Positions 24,970 through 37,933 of a stretch of 64,000 bases of DNA are shown piece by piece. Below the pieces are notes generated by a model. It saw only the letters and a list, made by a program, of their open reading frames with translations. It ran no database searches and was not told the DNA's origin. Made by a program: the position numbers and the translations under genes. Each line of letters opens with the position of its first letter. The first letter of the stretch is position 1. The DNA is from Squalus acanthias (taxonomy: Eukaryota), in contig CM059432.1 of assembly GCA_030390025.1 (NCBI GenBank), forward strand, positions 75,704,001 through 75,768,000. Reading direction: 5' to 3'.

Positions 24970-26787
24970 TCTCTTAGTGCCTGTCTTCCGTATGCCTTTG
25001 TCTGTCCTAGTGCTCCTACGCAGTGCTACCCCAGTGGCTGCAACATGGCTGGTGGAAGGCTGCTGACTTTCAGTGGAGGAGATGAGCAGCTCTGTGCCTA
25101 GAAAGCCAAGCTACGGACTGCACCATCTCGGCGCGGGTGGCAACAGTCTGGGCTGGCTGGCTGACAGGCAACAGCAAGGGCACTGGCCGAGTGGCAGTGG
25201 TGGGAGGATGAGTGCTGTAATCCTGAGAGAGGACAGCAGGCTCGTGCTCCATGGAGCCACTGCCACTCCTCTGGGCCTCAGAAATCCTAGTAATCTGTTG
25301 AAGGACAAATTGCTGGACTGCTGTGACACCCTGCAAGTCCCTTTGAACACTGTAATCTACAGCCATGATGCCAGCAGTCTGAGCTTCCATGACAGCATTC
25401 AGACGTTGGGTGGCTTCTGCTTGTGCTGCAGTGGAAGTTGTGACATCGACATCTGACGCTGCATCATGGTTGGGTCCACCAGTGTGCAAACGGAGTTGGC
25501 CATCACTTCCATGCTGGAAAGGATGGGCTCCAAGCTCTGCACAAAGCCCTGTGCCAAGTTGGTGCCTGACTCCTCCATGCTCCTTGACATTGAACGCAGG
25601 CTTTCTGGTAGGCTTCCCAATGCACCAAGCATTTTGCTGTGCATACCCATCAGCCTTCTTCTGTAGGCCGCCCCATCAAAGTCCTCATCTGAGTCCTCTG
25701 CAGCGGAACCCGTGTGCCACCTCGTACTCCGGCAAGATGGCACTTGCGCTATCCTTGCCCTCTGCCCTGGCTGCAGCACACTCGTGCATGGTGTCTCACC
25801 ACATGCAGATCCCACCTCTAATCTATCCTCTAATATACGTGCAGTGTCAGTATCTGAGCTGATGGCTGCAAGTGTGAAATTGAGTGATGGTGCCGTGTCT
25901 TCATCATCACTGTCTTCTTGCTGTTCCTCCACTGCATGGCCAGGTTGCACCTTTTGTGTATCTGAAAGGACAAAGACTCAAGTTTAAGGTTGTGGGGAGG
26001 GGAGGGGAGTAAAGTAAGAGGTGTATGCTTACACCACCTCAGCTTGTAAATCAGAAGAGAGTGTGGGATAAGGGGGAAGTGGGATGTGAGAAGGAGGATT
26101 CGGTACGAGGATACCGTCATCTTTAATAGTTTCAGTCCCGCCACCGGCCATGGCCTCAGCAGTGGCCGTTCCAATAATGGCCAGCACCGTCACCTCCATG
26201 GGAGTAAGGACATGCAGGTGCCGGTTAGCTCCTGCTGCCTCCAGTTGTGCACCAGCTTGTCCTGCAAGAGAGAGGGAAGTGTGTCAGTGAGTGTGGTGCA
26301 ATCTGTTTGGGTGATATACCTGTCATGGTTGAATAGCTGGCAGTGTGTGCAAACTGGAACATGTGGGTGTGAGGCTTGCAGCAGTGCTAAGTATGTGAGG
26401 GTGAGGTGAAGCTATGAATGTTAGGTATGAGGCCTGATTGATAGAGATTCTTGGTAGGTAAGTGATGGGAGTGTGGTGAATTGAGCAGTGGCTGAGGCTA
26501 GTGGTAGAGTTGGTAGGATATGACATTTGAAGATGCATTCACTCACCTTGACCACTTGTGTGGAGGTCATTGGACTTCTTGCAGAACTGCATCCAGGTCC
26601 TCGGGGCTTGACTCCTGGCATTGACCACAACGGCTATCTGCTCCCACTGCCTTTTGACCATGGGTCTGGAGGTCCATCTGCACCCCCTGCGGATACAGCA
26701 CATCTCTCCTCCTTTCCACCTACTCCACCAAGACCTCCAGCGCAGTGTCTGAAACCTTGGAGCCCGCTGTCTCCCATGTTGTGCCAT
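24970..26787 (-). pseudogene. Harbinger Myb/SANT-like (NAIF1-type) DNA-binding gene, three exons, disrupted
   Basis: N-terminal RAPRF..., WEQIAVVVNARSQAPRTWMQFCKKSNDL. Inferred exons 26787-26547 (GTGAGT donor), 26261-26115 and 25961 to about 24970, with canonical GT-AG sites. Confidence 0.8.
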
Positions 26788-27179
26788 TCCTCACTGTTTC
26801 CCAGGACAAATTCACTTCCAGCACCTGCTCCAGTCATAATACACCTTTCCTTGAAGAGGTGCAGGCTAGCTTTAAGCAGTGCAGGCTCGCTTTAAGTGGT
26901 GCTAGGAAGTTTTGATTTTGGGCCCCCTGTTGATGCGTTCAGCCAATGAACAGCGCGGTTAGCGCTGGCTGCACACAGAAATCATTATAATGAGCAGACA
27001 GCATGAAGTTGCCTTGCTGCCTGCATTTCAATCAACGGGTGTGGATTAATCGGGCATCGCGAGACTTGCGCCCATTTTTGGGGGCTATCCAATTTAGCCC
27101 CCACTGTGCTTGTGAAGAAGTGCATGGCAAAGCTTTCTCCTTTGTTTGCAAATGCACAAGGAGATTTCCTCTGTGTAAC

Positions 27180-27700
27180 AAAATCATAACAACTTACGTA
27201 GCACCTTTAACAAAGAAAAGTGTCCCAAGTCTTTTCACAGAGTAGTAGTAAGAGGAATGGAATACTGAGGCAAGGAAGAGGGTTTAGGAGAGTGACTGAA
27301 GGCTTGGGCGAAATGATGGATTTTAAGAATTTTAAAGGATGGAGAGAAACAGAGAAACCGAAGAGTATTAGAAGAGTTCCAGACAGGAGGGAAAAATTGG
27401 CTGAAATCTCTGGAGGCCAGCAAGGAGAGCATCAGAATAAATCAAGTCTGGAGGTGACATAAGCCTGGCTAAGGATTTCAATGGCTCATGGGCTAAGGTA
27501 GAGACATACGCAGTGTTGCAGAGATGGAAACATTTGTGTTTGATGATAAAGCGAATGCAGTGTTTGAAGCTCAGCTCAGGGTTAAAATGGGATGCCAATG
27601 TTATACATGGTCATTTTCAGCCTGAATAAGAAGCTAGGGAGGAGGAAGGACTCAGTATCAAAGGAGCAGAGTTTGTGGTGAGCAAACTTAAAATAACCCC
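27180..27700 (-). mobile_element. L2 LINE 3' fragment
   Basis: ORF 27368-27598 FNPELSFKHCIRFIIKHKCFHLCN resembles the L2 ORF2 C-terminal region; L2-type tail TTAAAGGTGCTAC on the minus strand. Confidence 0.7.
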
Positions 27701-28482
27701 CAACATGAGGGCAGAAATTACATCAAAAAACATTTGGTGATAAATATCTTTAACATCATCACAGCAATATGATAAATTCGAACTATTCTTCCTCCCCAAT
27801 AGAAAAAATACTTTGCAAATTCTCAGTAACATTTCAGGCAGACGATCAGTCCATCTAGCCTACCCATCTGACGCCCCACAATATTACTTTAATGCATTTC
27901 TAAATCTAATAACCCAGAATCTTATTTGCTGGTGGGATCTTATCTAGACCTTCTTAGAACTTCTTGATGATTTCTTGTTGCAGCATCCTTGCTGGTAATC
28001 TATTCCACCTTTTCCTCCCCGTTACTAAAAAACCCTGAAGTTCATACTTTTTCATGAAAATTATGCCTTTTTGCGAGATTGAATATTTCTACGATTTAGC
28101 AAAATGCTGCAACAGTTTGATTGTTTGCAAATTCTCTTGGTGTATTTTCTTTTGTGGGTCTCCAGAGGAAAATATGCAAACAAATGATTGAGAACTTACA
28201 GAATTGTTTAGTTGACAGGAAAGCCGTCTTTTGCCCTGGGAACACTGCGATGTATGTTGTAAACATTCCTTTCGTCAGCTTGAAGATCTGATAACATTGT
28301 ATACTTTATATTAAAGTTACAGGCACACAGTTATAAGACAACAGACCCTGGCTCCTGAGATTTTCATGTTACATTTCACAATGTGTTAGGATATTCCCTG
28401 TAAAATGCATCTTATTCAAATGTGTGAATGCTTGGACTGTAGACTGCGTTACGAGAGAGTAAATACATTGCATTTAGATCAA

Positions 28483-29378
28483 GGGGGAAAAATTTGGTTG
28501 CTTTGCGCATCCGTTAGCACCCTAAGAGGGCGCTAATGGGGCGCAAAGCAACTAGTGCCCGTGCGCGACGATGTTTGTGCCGCTCACGAAATTGACCAGA
28601 CATTTTGCGGTGGCGCTAAACACTACCGCCACGATCTCTTGCGCCCGCAGATCGTGACGTCAGTCGAGCGTGCAACGCCCCAGTAGCGCCCCGGACCAGA
28701 TATTGAGTGGCGCCCCCTGCCTTTCCACCTGCCGCTAGCAACGACAGGTTGAGGGGAACGTTTTGCAGTCGGGAAGGGACTGGGGGATCGCTATTTAAAG
28801 GCGACTGCTTCCTGCCTTTTTTTGTCACCGACATTTTTGCACCACGCATTCTGAGAGAGAGAGAGAGAGAGAGACTTCTGGAGAGATTCAACGCTGTGTG
28901 AAGGAGTTTTGGGTACTGAGCAGTACTTTGCAGGTTCATTTTGATTTGACCTTCCTTGCATCGATTAGAAGAGACTGTGGGGGCTGCACTCTGAGCTCTT
29001 TCCTAGGGCCTCTCCATTGTTCTTTCCAGCAGATTTGATGTACATGTCTCTCCAGGCTGAGATTCAAGGCTGCAATGAGCAGGGTGTGGATGGAGAGCAA
29101 GATCGACCCTCCCCTTTAAGAACTGGCCAGCGCCAGTGTGTCTGTGTTCCATTGCTGACTGACATCACATGAGCTTCGCCAGCGCTCTGAGGTAGCGCCT
29201 CGCTCCTTGGCGTTAGCGCCTTAAGAGAGGTGTGTAGCGCCTGATTTAGCGCTCCAATCACCTCCAGGGGCGATAGAAGCCAAGTTTGCAGTCAGAGGTG
29301 ATAATTAGCGCCAGGCGCTAAACTTTGCACCCGGCCGATAATTGCGCCCCAAACGGGGCGATGCCGAATTTCTCCCCC
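28483..29378. mobile_element. Non-autonomous Harbinger-type element (CpG-rich)
   Basis: TIRs GGGGGAAAAATTTGG and CCGAATTTCTCCCCC; flanks CAA and CAG; repeated TAGCGCC motifs; (GA)n at about 28853-28874. Confidence 0.8.
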
Positions 29379-29669
29379 CAGGTCTTTAAAACTGAAGTTC
29401 AGGTGATTTAAGATGTAACAAGGAGCAATTTATTAATATACTGTCAGTACAAAAAAAATTACATTTAAGTCTTTTAACTCAACTGAGGTAAATATACCCC
29501 TTTTAAACAAGATGGAATATATAGAAAATGTAATTAGGGCACTTTGGGATCCTTTTAGCCGACAGCAGTTAAAAGAAATAGGGTGAACACTTTAGATTCC
29601 TTTACTGTCATTACTTTCATAACCTTCAAACCTTGCCAGTTTCCAGTAGTTTTAGTCAAATATTTTAAG

Positions 29670-30100
29670 GTGCCAGCTTTGGCTCAGTGGTAACAGTGAG
29701 TCAGACGGTTGTGGGTTCAAGCCCCATTCCAGACATTTGAGCACATAATCCAGGTTGACATTCAGTGCAGTACTGAGGGAGTGCTGTACTGTCAGAGGTA
29801 CCGTCATTCGGATGAGTTGTTAAACTAAGGCTTTGCCTGTCCTCTCATGTAAAAGATGCTGTGGCATTATTTGAAGAACAGGGGGAGGTTTCCTGTTGTC
29901 CTGGCCAATATTTATCCCTCAGCCAACAACTTTAAAACAAATTAACTGATCATTAATCTCATTCCTGTGTGCAAATTGACAGCCACGCTTCCATACAACA
30001 GTGACTAGATTTTAAAAGTACTTCATTGGCTGTGTGAAGTGCTTTGGAACTTGCTGAGGACATGAAAGGCACATTATACATGCAAGTTCTTTCTTTCTTT
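29670..30100 (+). mobile_element. DeuSINE (SacSINE1-like)
   Basis: Colinear with 17553-17988 but more diverged. Confidence 0.8.
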
Positions 30101-30725
30101 ATTATTTTACCAGTTCTGGAACAGAAATTATGGCATCCGCCTGCTGAGTGTTTAAATGGGCTAAATTAAAAAATGGATTTTCAATTAATAATAAATGTAC
30201 TTTGTCACTTTGGGAATTCATCCAGATGAGTCTGATCCACTTTCACCATCCATTGTCCAAGGCTGTTGACTGTGAATGAGGAGATCACTCCACATCCACA
30301 ACTGCTGATTACAGTACTCTGTCAGGGGAGTGAAGTCCCAGTGTAGACCAAAGTAATGATGAACAGAAAACAATCCAAGCACAAAAGCCAGCCCTCTGCT
30401 TAACAGTATGTTTTTACTGTTACCACAGAAACATGGGTCATTGGACAAGAAGAGAGAGGGGGAGTGGTCCAAGCTGCAAGCTTTCCAACACTACAGACGG
30501 TGACTAGGATAGAGGGAATATGGTTTAATGTTGTGTAGACAGGATAAGGAAGGACACCAGGCCCATATGCATTCATCCTGTTTTTAGTGGACTCCTCCGT
30601 GTACCCCACCCATCCTCACCGCACCCCACCCCCCCACCACCACGCCTTGCAGCTCTGATCTATCAGATCAGCATGGGCGCCACTTATGCTGTGTTACTTT
30701 GGACCTCAGATGAGGACCAAGATGA

Positions 30726-31087
30726 CCAGCAGGAGCAGGAGCAGCACCAGCAGGAGCAGCACCAGCAGGAGCAGGAGCAGCACCAGCCGGAGCAGTACCA
30801 GCAGGAGCAGCAACAGCAGGAGCAGCACCAGCAGGAGCAGCACTAGCACCAGCAGGAGCAGTACCAGCAGGAGCAGCAGGTGCAGCACCAGCACCAGCAG
30901 GAGCAGCACCAGCCGGAGCAGCACCAGCAGGAGCAGCACCAGCAGGAGCAGCAGGAGCAGCACCAGCAGGAGCAGCACCAGCACCAGCAAGAGCAGCACC
31001 AGCAGGAGCAGCAGGAGCAGCAGGAGCAGCACCAGCAGGAGCAGCACCAGCACCAGCAAGAGCAGCACCAGCAGGAGCAGCAGCAGC
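30726..31087 (+). repeat. Compound (CAG/GAG/CAC) trinucleotide-based tandem repeat
   Basis: Mostly the 15-nt unit CAGGAGCAGCACCAG with variants, read directly from the sequence. Confidence 0.95.
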
Positions 31088-31536
31088 CTGCTGCTCACAG
31101 ACCTATAGCTCCACAGGAGAGAGGGGATCAGCAGAGAGGTGCAGCTCACAGGAGGTCCTACCTGGCGCACCGCGTCTACAGGCAGAGGATAAGCTTCCTC
31201 GACATGTCGGAATATCAGTGTCTCAGGAGGCTCGGGGTGTCGCGTCAGGTGGTGGCAGACATTTGCAGCCTGCTGCCAACTGGGCTTGGCGGCCATGCTT
31301 TACCAGTGGCTGTCAAAGTTACCACCGCCCTCAAATTCTTTGCCTTTGGATCCTTCCAGGGCTCTGCCAGAGAGATTTGCAGGATCTTGCAGTCGGCGGC
31401 CCACAAATGCATAAGACAGGTGACTGAAGACTTGTGTGCCAGGGCTGGCAATTATGTACACTTTTCCTGACGCCAGTCACAATGAGCGGGCGCTTGGGTT
31501 TGCGGCTCTGTCTGGCATCCCACAGATGCAGGGTAT

Positions 31537-32046
31537 CATGGAGGGGGTGCAGCGGCGATTCACCAGGCTGATACCAGGAATGGCGGGATTGACCTATGAG
31601 GAGAGACTATGTAGTTTAGGGATGTACACACTGGAGTTTAGAAGATTGAGAGGGGACCTCATAGAAGTGTATAAAATTCTGACAGGTCTAGACAGACTAG
31701 ATGCAGAAGGAATGTTTCCCTTGGCGGGTGAGAACAGAACTAGAGGACATAATTTAAGGATAAGGGCTAAACCATTTAGGACAGAAATGAGGGGGAATTT
31801 CTTCACTCAGAGGGTGGTGAACCTGTGGAACTCATTGCCACAGAGGGCAGTGTACGCCAGCTCATTAAATATATTTAAGAGGGAATTAGATATATATCTA
31901 CAGGCAAAAGGGGTTAAGGGTTACGGAGAGAAGGCGGGGACGGGATACTGAATTGGAGGACCAGCCATGATCTCATTAAATGGCGGAGCAGGCTCGAAGG
32001 GCCGGATGGCCTACTCCTGCTCCTATCTTCTATGTATCTATGTATC
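31537..32046 (+). mobile_element. CR1 3' fragment nested in the H2 transposase
   Basis: MEGVQRRFTRLIPGM...FFTQRVVNLWNSLPQ and the CR1 tail; GTATCAT duplicated at 31533-31539 and 32042-32048. Confidence 0.95.
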
Positions 32047-33017
32047 ATTGACTGCACACATGTGGCAATTAAGGCACCCCCTGATCACCCAGGAGTATTC
32101 ATCAACTGCAAGGGCTTCCACTCCATCAATGTGCAGCTGGTGTGTAACCACAAAAAGATGTTTACGCAGGTATATGCAAGATTCCTGGGCAGCTGCCATG
32201 ATGCTTTCATCCTGCGGTAGTCCAATCTCCCTGATCTCTTCGCACCTCGAAGCAGACGTATCGGCTGGCTGCTCGGAGACAAGGGATTCCCACTTTAAAG
32301 GTAACTGATGACACCCATGTGGAACCCAACCAATGAGGACCAGGAGGAAAAAATGAAAGCAATATGACAACCAGATGTGTCATTGAGCAAGCCATCGGCA
32401 TGCTGAAGATACGCTTCAGGTGCCTGGACAGATCTGGAGGCGCCCTTCTGTACACACCAGCCAAGGTCTCTAGAATGATCGTGGTGTGCTGCACTCTGCA
32501 CAACATGAACCTGCAGGAGGAACAAGATGCAGAGCACAGAGCCTCTTCAGACAATTCCGAGGAGGAGGAGGAGCAGGAGGAGGAGGAGCAGGAGGAGGCA
32601 GATCGTGACGTGGCCAATGCATCAGCAGCAGTGTTCACTGCTGCCCAGGATGCCCTCATTATTGCAAGGTTCACTTAGGTTCCATCAGTCCATCCATTTG
32701 GCAACCACATGCAAAAGCCACTTTCTCCGCCCCCCCCCACCCCTCGCCCCCCCCCCCCCAATGACAATAACACAAAGCAGTCCTTCAAACAACCAAGCAT
32801 CCCTTTCACAGCTCGCAATTGCTCGGCGTCAATTCTTGTCTTACCATTTATCACAAGTGAAAAAGCCACTTACCAGGCAGCAACCAAAAATGGGCAAGAC
32901 TGGAAAGTGGTGGAAATAAATAATATTTATGTGGCTCAAAAATAAAACAGAAACTTACCAACCTAACATTGTGTAACACACCCATGTGCATGCATTTGTG
33001 CAACTACAAATCTTTAC

Positions 33018-33117
33018 TAAGAACATAAGAAATAGGAGCAGGAGTAGGCCATACAGCCCTTCGAGCCTGCTCCGCCATTCAATAAAATCATGGCTGATCC
33101 TCGACCTCAACTCCACT
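33018..33117 (-). mobile_element. CR1 3' tail only, nested in H2
   Basis: Reverse complement of the tail at 15520-15628. Confidence 0.9.
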
Positions 33118-34376
33118 GATTTTTGAGTATGTGAGTTGGTGCATGGTCTGCATGAGTCCTGTGATGGTGCACCCTCAGAGGGAGTGACCTCCTCTGAGGA
33201 GTTATCATCGTCCTATTGGACCACCTCCTGTGGGACGCTTCAAGGCCCTGTGGGAGATTAAAGACAACTGTCAAGGTAAGAATGTTTTAAGTTATCATTA
33301 TGCACATGATCATATTTCACTCGCTACTGACGTCAAGTCACCATGAGTGAGTGTTGTATGCTATGAGGCTGTGTGATATTTAATTCTGTCACCAGGTAGC
33401 TGGGAGGCCCCCATCTCCACATCTCTGACGGCCAGGCTCGCCGACACTCCACTGACGTCCAGCACCTCCTCGTCTGCAGCTGTCAGTTGCAAGATGGCTG
33501 GAGGACCACCTCTGGTTCTCTGCCTAGCCCTTGTGTTCTGTGTTCTCTTCTCCTGCAAGGAGAGAAAGAAGAGACCTATGAGTGAGATTAATGGCATGTG
33601 TTGAACAGATGGATGGAGAGCATTTGTTGAGGGTGACTATGAGGGAGAGGCATGACATTGCATAAGGATGAGGGTGAGTGTCAGTGGTGGATGGTCAGAT
33701 AGCGATGTGAGGAAATGCATAGACAGAGAGGGATGGGTGTACCTGGACGATAAGTTGATGTGAGGAGTGATGTACTGGAGTAGGCTTGAGAAGGCGAAAT
33801 TAGGGGGTTGGGGTGATATGCACATCAGGATGTAGTTGAATTTGCCACTGCTCTCACCTTTCCTGCCCTGTTTAGGTCATTAAACCACTTTCAGCATTGA
33901 ATGGCGAATGAGCATGGCACCATGGTCCTGCTGCTGACCTCATGGGCAACCGCCAGCCACGCCTTCTTTGTTTCACCTGCAGGCTTCTTCCTCCCATCAG
34001 TAGGGAAGAATATCTCCCTGCAGGCCCCTTACAGCCCCCAGCAGCACATCCAGGGCTGCGTCACTAAGACGAGACGCAGCCTTTGAACATCTGGACTCCA
34101 TTCTGCCAATTCTTTCTGTTGTGCTCCCAACTCTGAACTCCTTCAAATTGCATGTTTGGAGTGTTCCTTTAAATACTGGAGTTGAAATCGCCTCATGTGA
34201 GTCGTCATCATGTCCGCTCTCACCAATTGGTCAGGAAACCCGGAAATGATATGGTAATACAGCGGTTGAGTTAAAAAGCCACTGACAGATGCACTGCACT
34301 TACTTCCGGGTTTTCCGCGCTATACCGGAACCACCCCACCAGCTCCCAGCGTGTCCGTAAGTTAAAATCCAGCCCA

Positions 34377-34730
34377 TAGTCACTGTTGTAATGTAGGAAA
34401 TGCGGCAGCCAATTTTCTCATAACAAATTCCCACTAACAGCAATGAAATGCATGACTAGATCATCTGTTTGTGATGTTGGTTGAGGGATAAATATTGGCC
34501 AGGACAGCGGGAGCACTCCCCTGCAGTTCTTCAAATAGTGCCATAGGATCTTTTATGCCCACCTGAGAAGCCAGATGGGGCCGTGGTTTTACGTCTCATT
34601 TGAAAGATGATACTTCCAACAATGCAGCTTCCCTCAGTACGGTACTAAATTATCTGCTCAAATCTCTGGAACAGAGCTTGACCCCACGACTTTCTGACTC
34701 AGAGGCAAGAGTGCTACCATTGAGCCAAGT
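34377..34730 (-). mobile_element. DeuSINE (SacSINE1-like), tail cut by the H2 right end
   Basis: Reverse complement of the head and core of the 17553 copy. Confidence 0.8.
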
Positions 34731-35476
34731 CCACGAGGCCTCAATATTCTTCTTGTTGAAACGTAATGAGTAACTATAAACAGAAAATCTGTATAACTTC
34801 CACTTGTGGTACATTTTGCATTGGTGAGGGCAATTGTCAGATGAAAATGTTCAAACCACCAGTCTCCTGCCAGTGTATAGGTTGGAAAAACAATTACCAC
34901 TGATGGTAAAAAGAGTGTAACTGGTAAATTGAGTTAAGTTTATAGGACAGCACATTGTTTTGTTGTAACTTTCCCTTCCTTAATGAGTATCATTTGAACA
35001 TGGCTGGAATCTTGGCCCATTAAAATTAAGAATGCAGCCAAGTCTGAGAGTTGCTGTAGAACCAAGGCAATATTGATATTGATGAAAGAAACTATAAAAT
35101 GGGGAGATGAATGAAAAACAACTACAAATGAGGTGCTACACAATATGAATAGGAATACTCAGACATAAGTTTCTAAATGTTAAGAATATCACTTTATAAA
35201 TCCAAAATTTAATCAGCCACTAAACTCCTCATATGATACAAATCTGACACCCATATTTTAGCCATACAGTGTTCTAACTTCCTAACACTCCAGGACTCCT
35301 AACCCTGTCCTCTATCATTGCATATGTAACACTTTCAACTGAGGAAAATTAAAACATTGCTAAAAAAAAAATGGCAGTTCCAATTTGCAACCTGAGAAAG
35401 AAAGCTGCATTTTTACTAGGCAGCAAATAAAGAAGCCCTCAATAATCCCATTCCCTGATTTATTGCATGAATCTAG

Positions 35477-36275
35477 GGGGTCGATTTTAACCCACCCCAC
35501 CTGCTGGGAATGGGGCAGTGGCTATTAAAATGGATCAATTTGACTGACCATCCCATTCCCATTGTAATCGTGCTGACCGCCATTTTAACTTCTCACTTCA
35601 GTTAGATGGCTGAGGCAGCCGCCAAAAGCAGGCAGGTGGCTCATGAATCGGAGTCTTATGATGTAATTAGGACCACAATGCAATTTTCATTGGGTGGCAC
35701 AGAAATCCCACCCAGTGGCCAACTCTCTGAATATAACTCACAACATTTGCTTCAGGCATTGACTGACTGACTAGAAGCACTATTTCAAGGATCATAGAGA
35801 TCGATGTGCTATTGTGCTTAGTGGGTTTCCAAGGGATTTTTAAGGTTGGAGATTGCTTGATTCTGTCTTTATTGCATTAATCACTCTGTCATGGGTGCGA
35901 ATGTTGCTTTATTGCTTTGTATGGAGCAGTCTCAGCAACCGGGGTGAGCAACAGGTGGGCTGTTAAAAGACAACAGGTGAGTGGAGGGCTACACGTAGAA
36001 GGCCATACCTAGCCCATAGGGTCTATGGGCCAAGAGTCACTTTCCTGGATATGATTGAGGAGCAGTACACCAGGAAGTTGAACTTCACCAAGCAGGCTGT
36101 TGCTGATCTATGCAGCCTCCTGCAACAGGAGAGTAGCCCTAGCTGCACGCCTGAGTCATGATGATGAGCAAGCAGCACGAATATTAGGTGTTGTCTGAGA
36201 CAATGCTAAGAGGCGCGTGCAGTGCGTGTCCTCCCCACTTCATGCCTGCGTTCGGGCACGGTCGAATTTCTAGGC
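35477..36275 (+). mobile_element. Internally deleted Harbinger relic
   Basis: Left end GGGGTCGATTTTAACCC; degenerate transposase 5' part at about 35890-36130 (RRPY, FLDMIEEQ, FTKQAVADLCSLLQ); right end CGAATTTCTAGGCC. Confidence 0.65.
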
Positions 36276-37933
36276 CACGATGTTTTAACCCCCAAAAAGT
36301 GTAAATAAGTGTTCTCCACTGTGCAAATATATAAACCTGATTCACTCTAGAACAGATCTTTCATTGCTTATATTTATTTGAACCCAGTAAATCTGTATGA
36401 TTGGAAGTTTCTGTCTTAGTATCCCTCCTACCTTAAAAGAAAGGCGCACTTCTTTAATTTTCCCATATATTGATATTTTAAAAAAATGGTCTGCCTCATT
36501 TTGTGTCAGTGAAATAGGGTCTTGAAAATGGCTCATTTTGTAATGGGCATGTAATGCAATGCCTACTGTGAACTGATCATGCTCAGTTAAGTGATAAAGT
36601 GGTCATATTTAATATAATACTATTTGAGAAGAGGTTATCTGTTGGAAAACAAATCATGTTTGTGTACTGCATGTTATAAAAGGAATGAGATGCTCAAAAG
36701 CTTATCACTGAAGTGTTGACCTTATTTATGGTCAAATTAGAAGTAAACATGGGATGTCTTGAACTGAATTCATCTTTTGACTTGAATTCAAATCAAAACT
36801 GTACTGTCATCACAAATTTCTGCTTTGCACATTACAAATTACAGTATGCAAACACAGAAGTTTGGAAAATCATTGGCATGAGCTGGATACAGTTGAAAAT
36901 TAAGTAAGATTTTGACAATTCCAAAGAGAAAGCTTCAAAGGCTTTCTTCATGAAATCAGCACACTTTCAGATTGTGGTGAAAAACACATTTATTAGAAAA
37001 GAAATTGTAAAACAAAGACCTATGTTCTCACTGCCATCATTAAACTGCTTCAGTTTGCAAAGTATGGCTTGCAAACCTGATATACTAGTTTGTAAGCTAT
37101 GTAAACCACTTTCATGTTGTCTTAGAAATATGTTAAAGGAATATTGGTATCAGGTTTTGTGCTGAATAGAATCTGACCATGAACAATATGCACTTCTGTA
37201 TCGCAAGAAAGTGGCTGACTTTTGACCTTTGCAATAGCAAGATTTGATGACTTCAATGCAGTATTACTTAAAGTCCTGAAAAGAGCCATGTTATTGAATA
37301 CATTCCTGCAGACTTACAGTTCACTACCAAATATAGAAATTCACCTTTTCTGTTTTGTTTTTTAACAATCTCTGTTTCTGATGGCAACTCTCAACAGCTT
37401 GCCTTTAAACTAACTATGCAGAAGATGTGCTTTAATTTGGGTCAATGTTTGATTCTTTCACATTTGTCATTCGTCCCATTTTGGTTCCTACTTCTGGGAT
37501 GATGTCAATGGATGGAATTGTACAGAGTTGGTCTAGGCTAAACCAAGTGACCCTTTGATGGAAGATTGTCCTCCCCTTCCTGCCCCCGCCACCTGCCCCT
37601 CCCACCAACTCTAGTGCTGAACAGAAGCAGTGCAACCAAAGTGTGCTGCTCCAGTCCAGGCCCAGGAACATCATGCTTTTCTGTCTAAAACTATTAACAT
37701 GGCGTGGGGGCATCTCAGACCTGTGCCTTGTATAGGGTCTCTGATATTGAGAGATAAGCAGTCAAAAACCCCAGTTCCATCAAAAATCCCTGTGTAGGTC
37801 AGTGAGGGCTCTAATAATGGAAAACCTCCAAATGTCTTCAGCCTGTACCCTACCCTGGGATGCCCAGTGAACACAGCAGCAGCAAAATGAAGTGAGAGGC
37901 TGGGAACAACCCTCCTGCCCCATTTGACTCTTG

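Larger units (their letters stand above)
23259..27102. mobile_element. PIF/Harbinger DNA transposon H1, near full length, decayed
   Basis: Imperfect TIRs GGGCGTGAAATTGG and CCAATTTAGCCCCC (11 of 14); flanks AAT and ACT; transposase on + and convergent Myb/SANT-like gene on -. Confidence 0.9.
30673..32678 (+). pseudogene. Harbinger transposase with N-terminal Q/E/H expansion, split by CR1
   Basis: ATG at 30673; HRVYRQRISFLDMSE, LPVAVKVTTALKFFAFGSFQ, QGI|IDCTHV (split by the insert), [33 protein letters not shown]. Confidence 0.9.
30560..34375. mobile_element. PIF/Harbinger transposon H2, left end lost, two CR1 insertions
   Basis: Transposase on +, Myb-like exon remnants on - (about 34100-33230; EKRTQNTRARQRTRGGPP), right TIR GTTAAAATCCAGCCC. 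Confidence 0.85.

Noticed and set aside
30686..31296. Leu-rich 196-aa minus ORF and Ser/Arg/Thr-rich 140-aa plus ORF
   Set aside because: Alternative readings of the CAG/GAG/CAC repeat, not membrane or SR proteins.
31436..31951. Transposase-RT fusion protein
   Set aside because: Chance in-frame junction from a CR1 insertion; it has neither complete domain.
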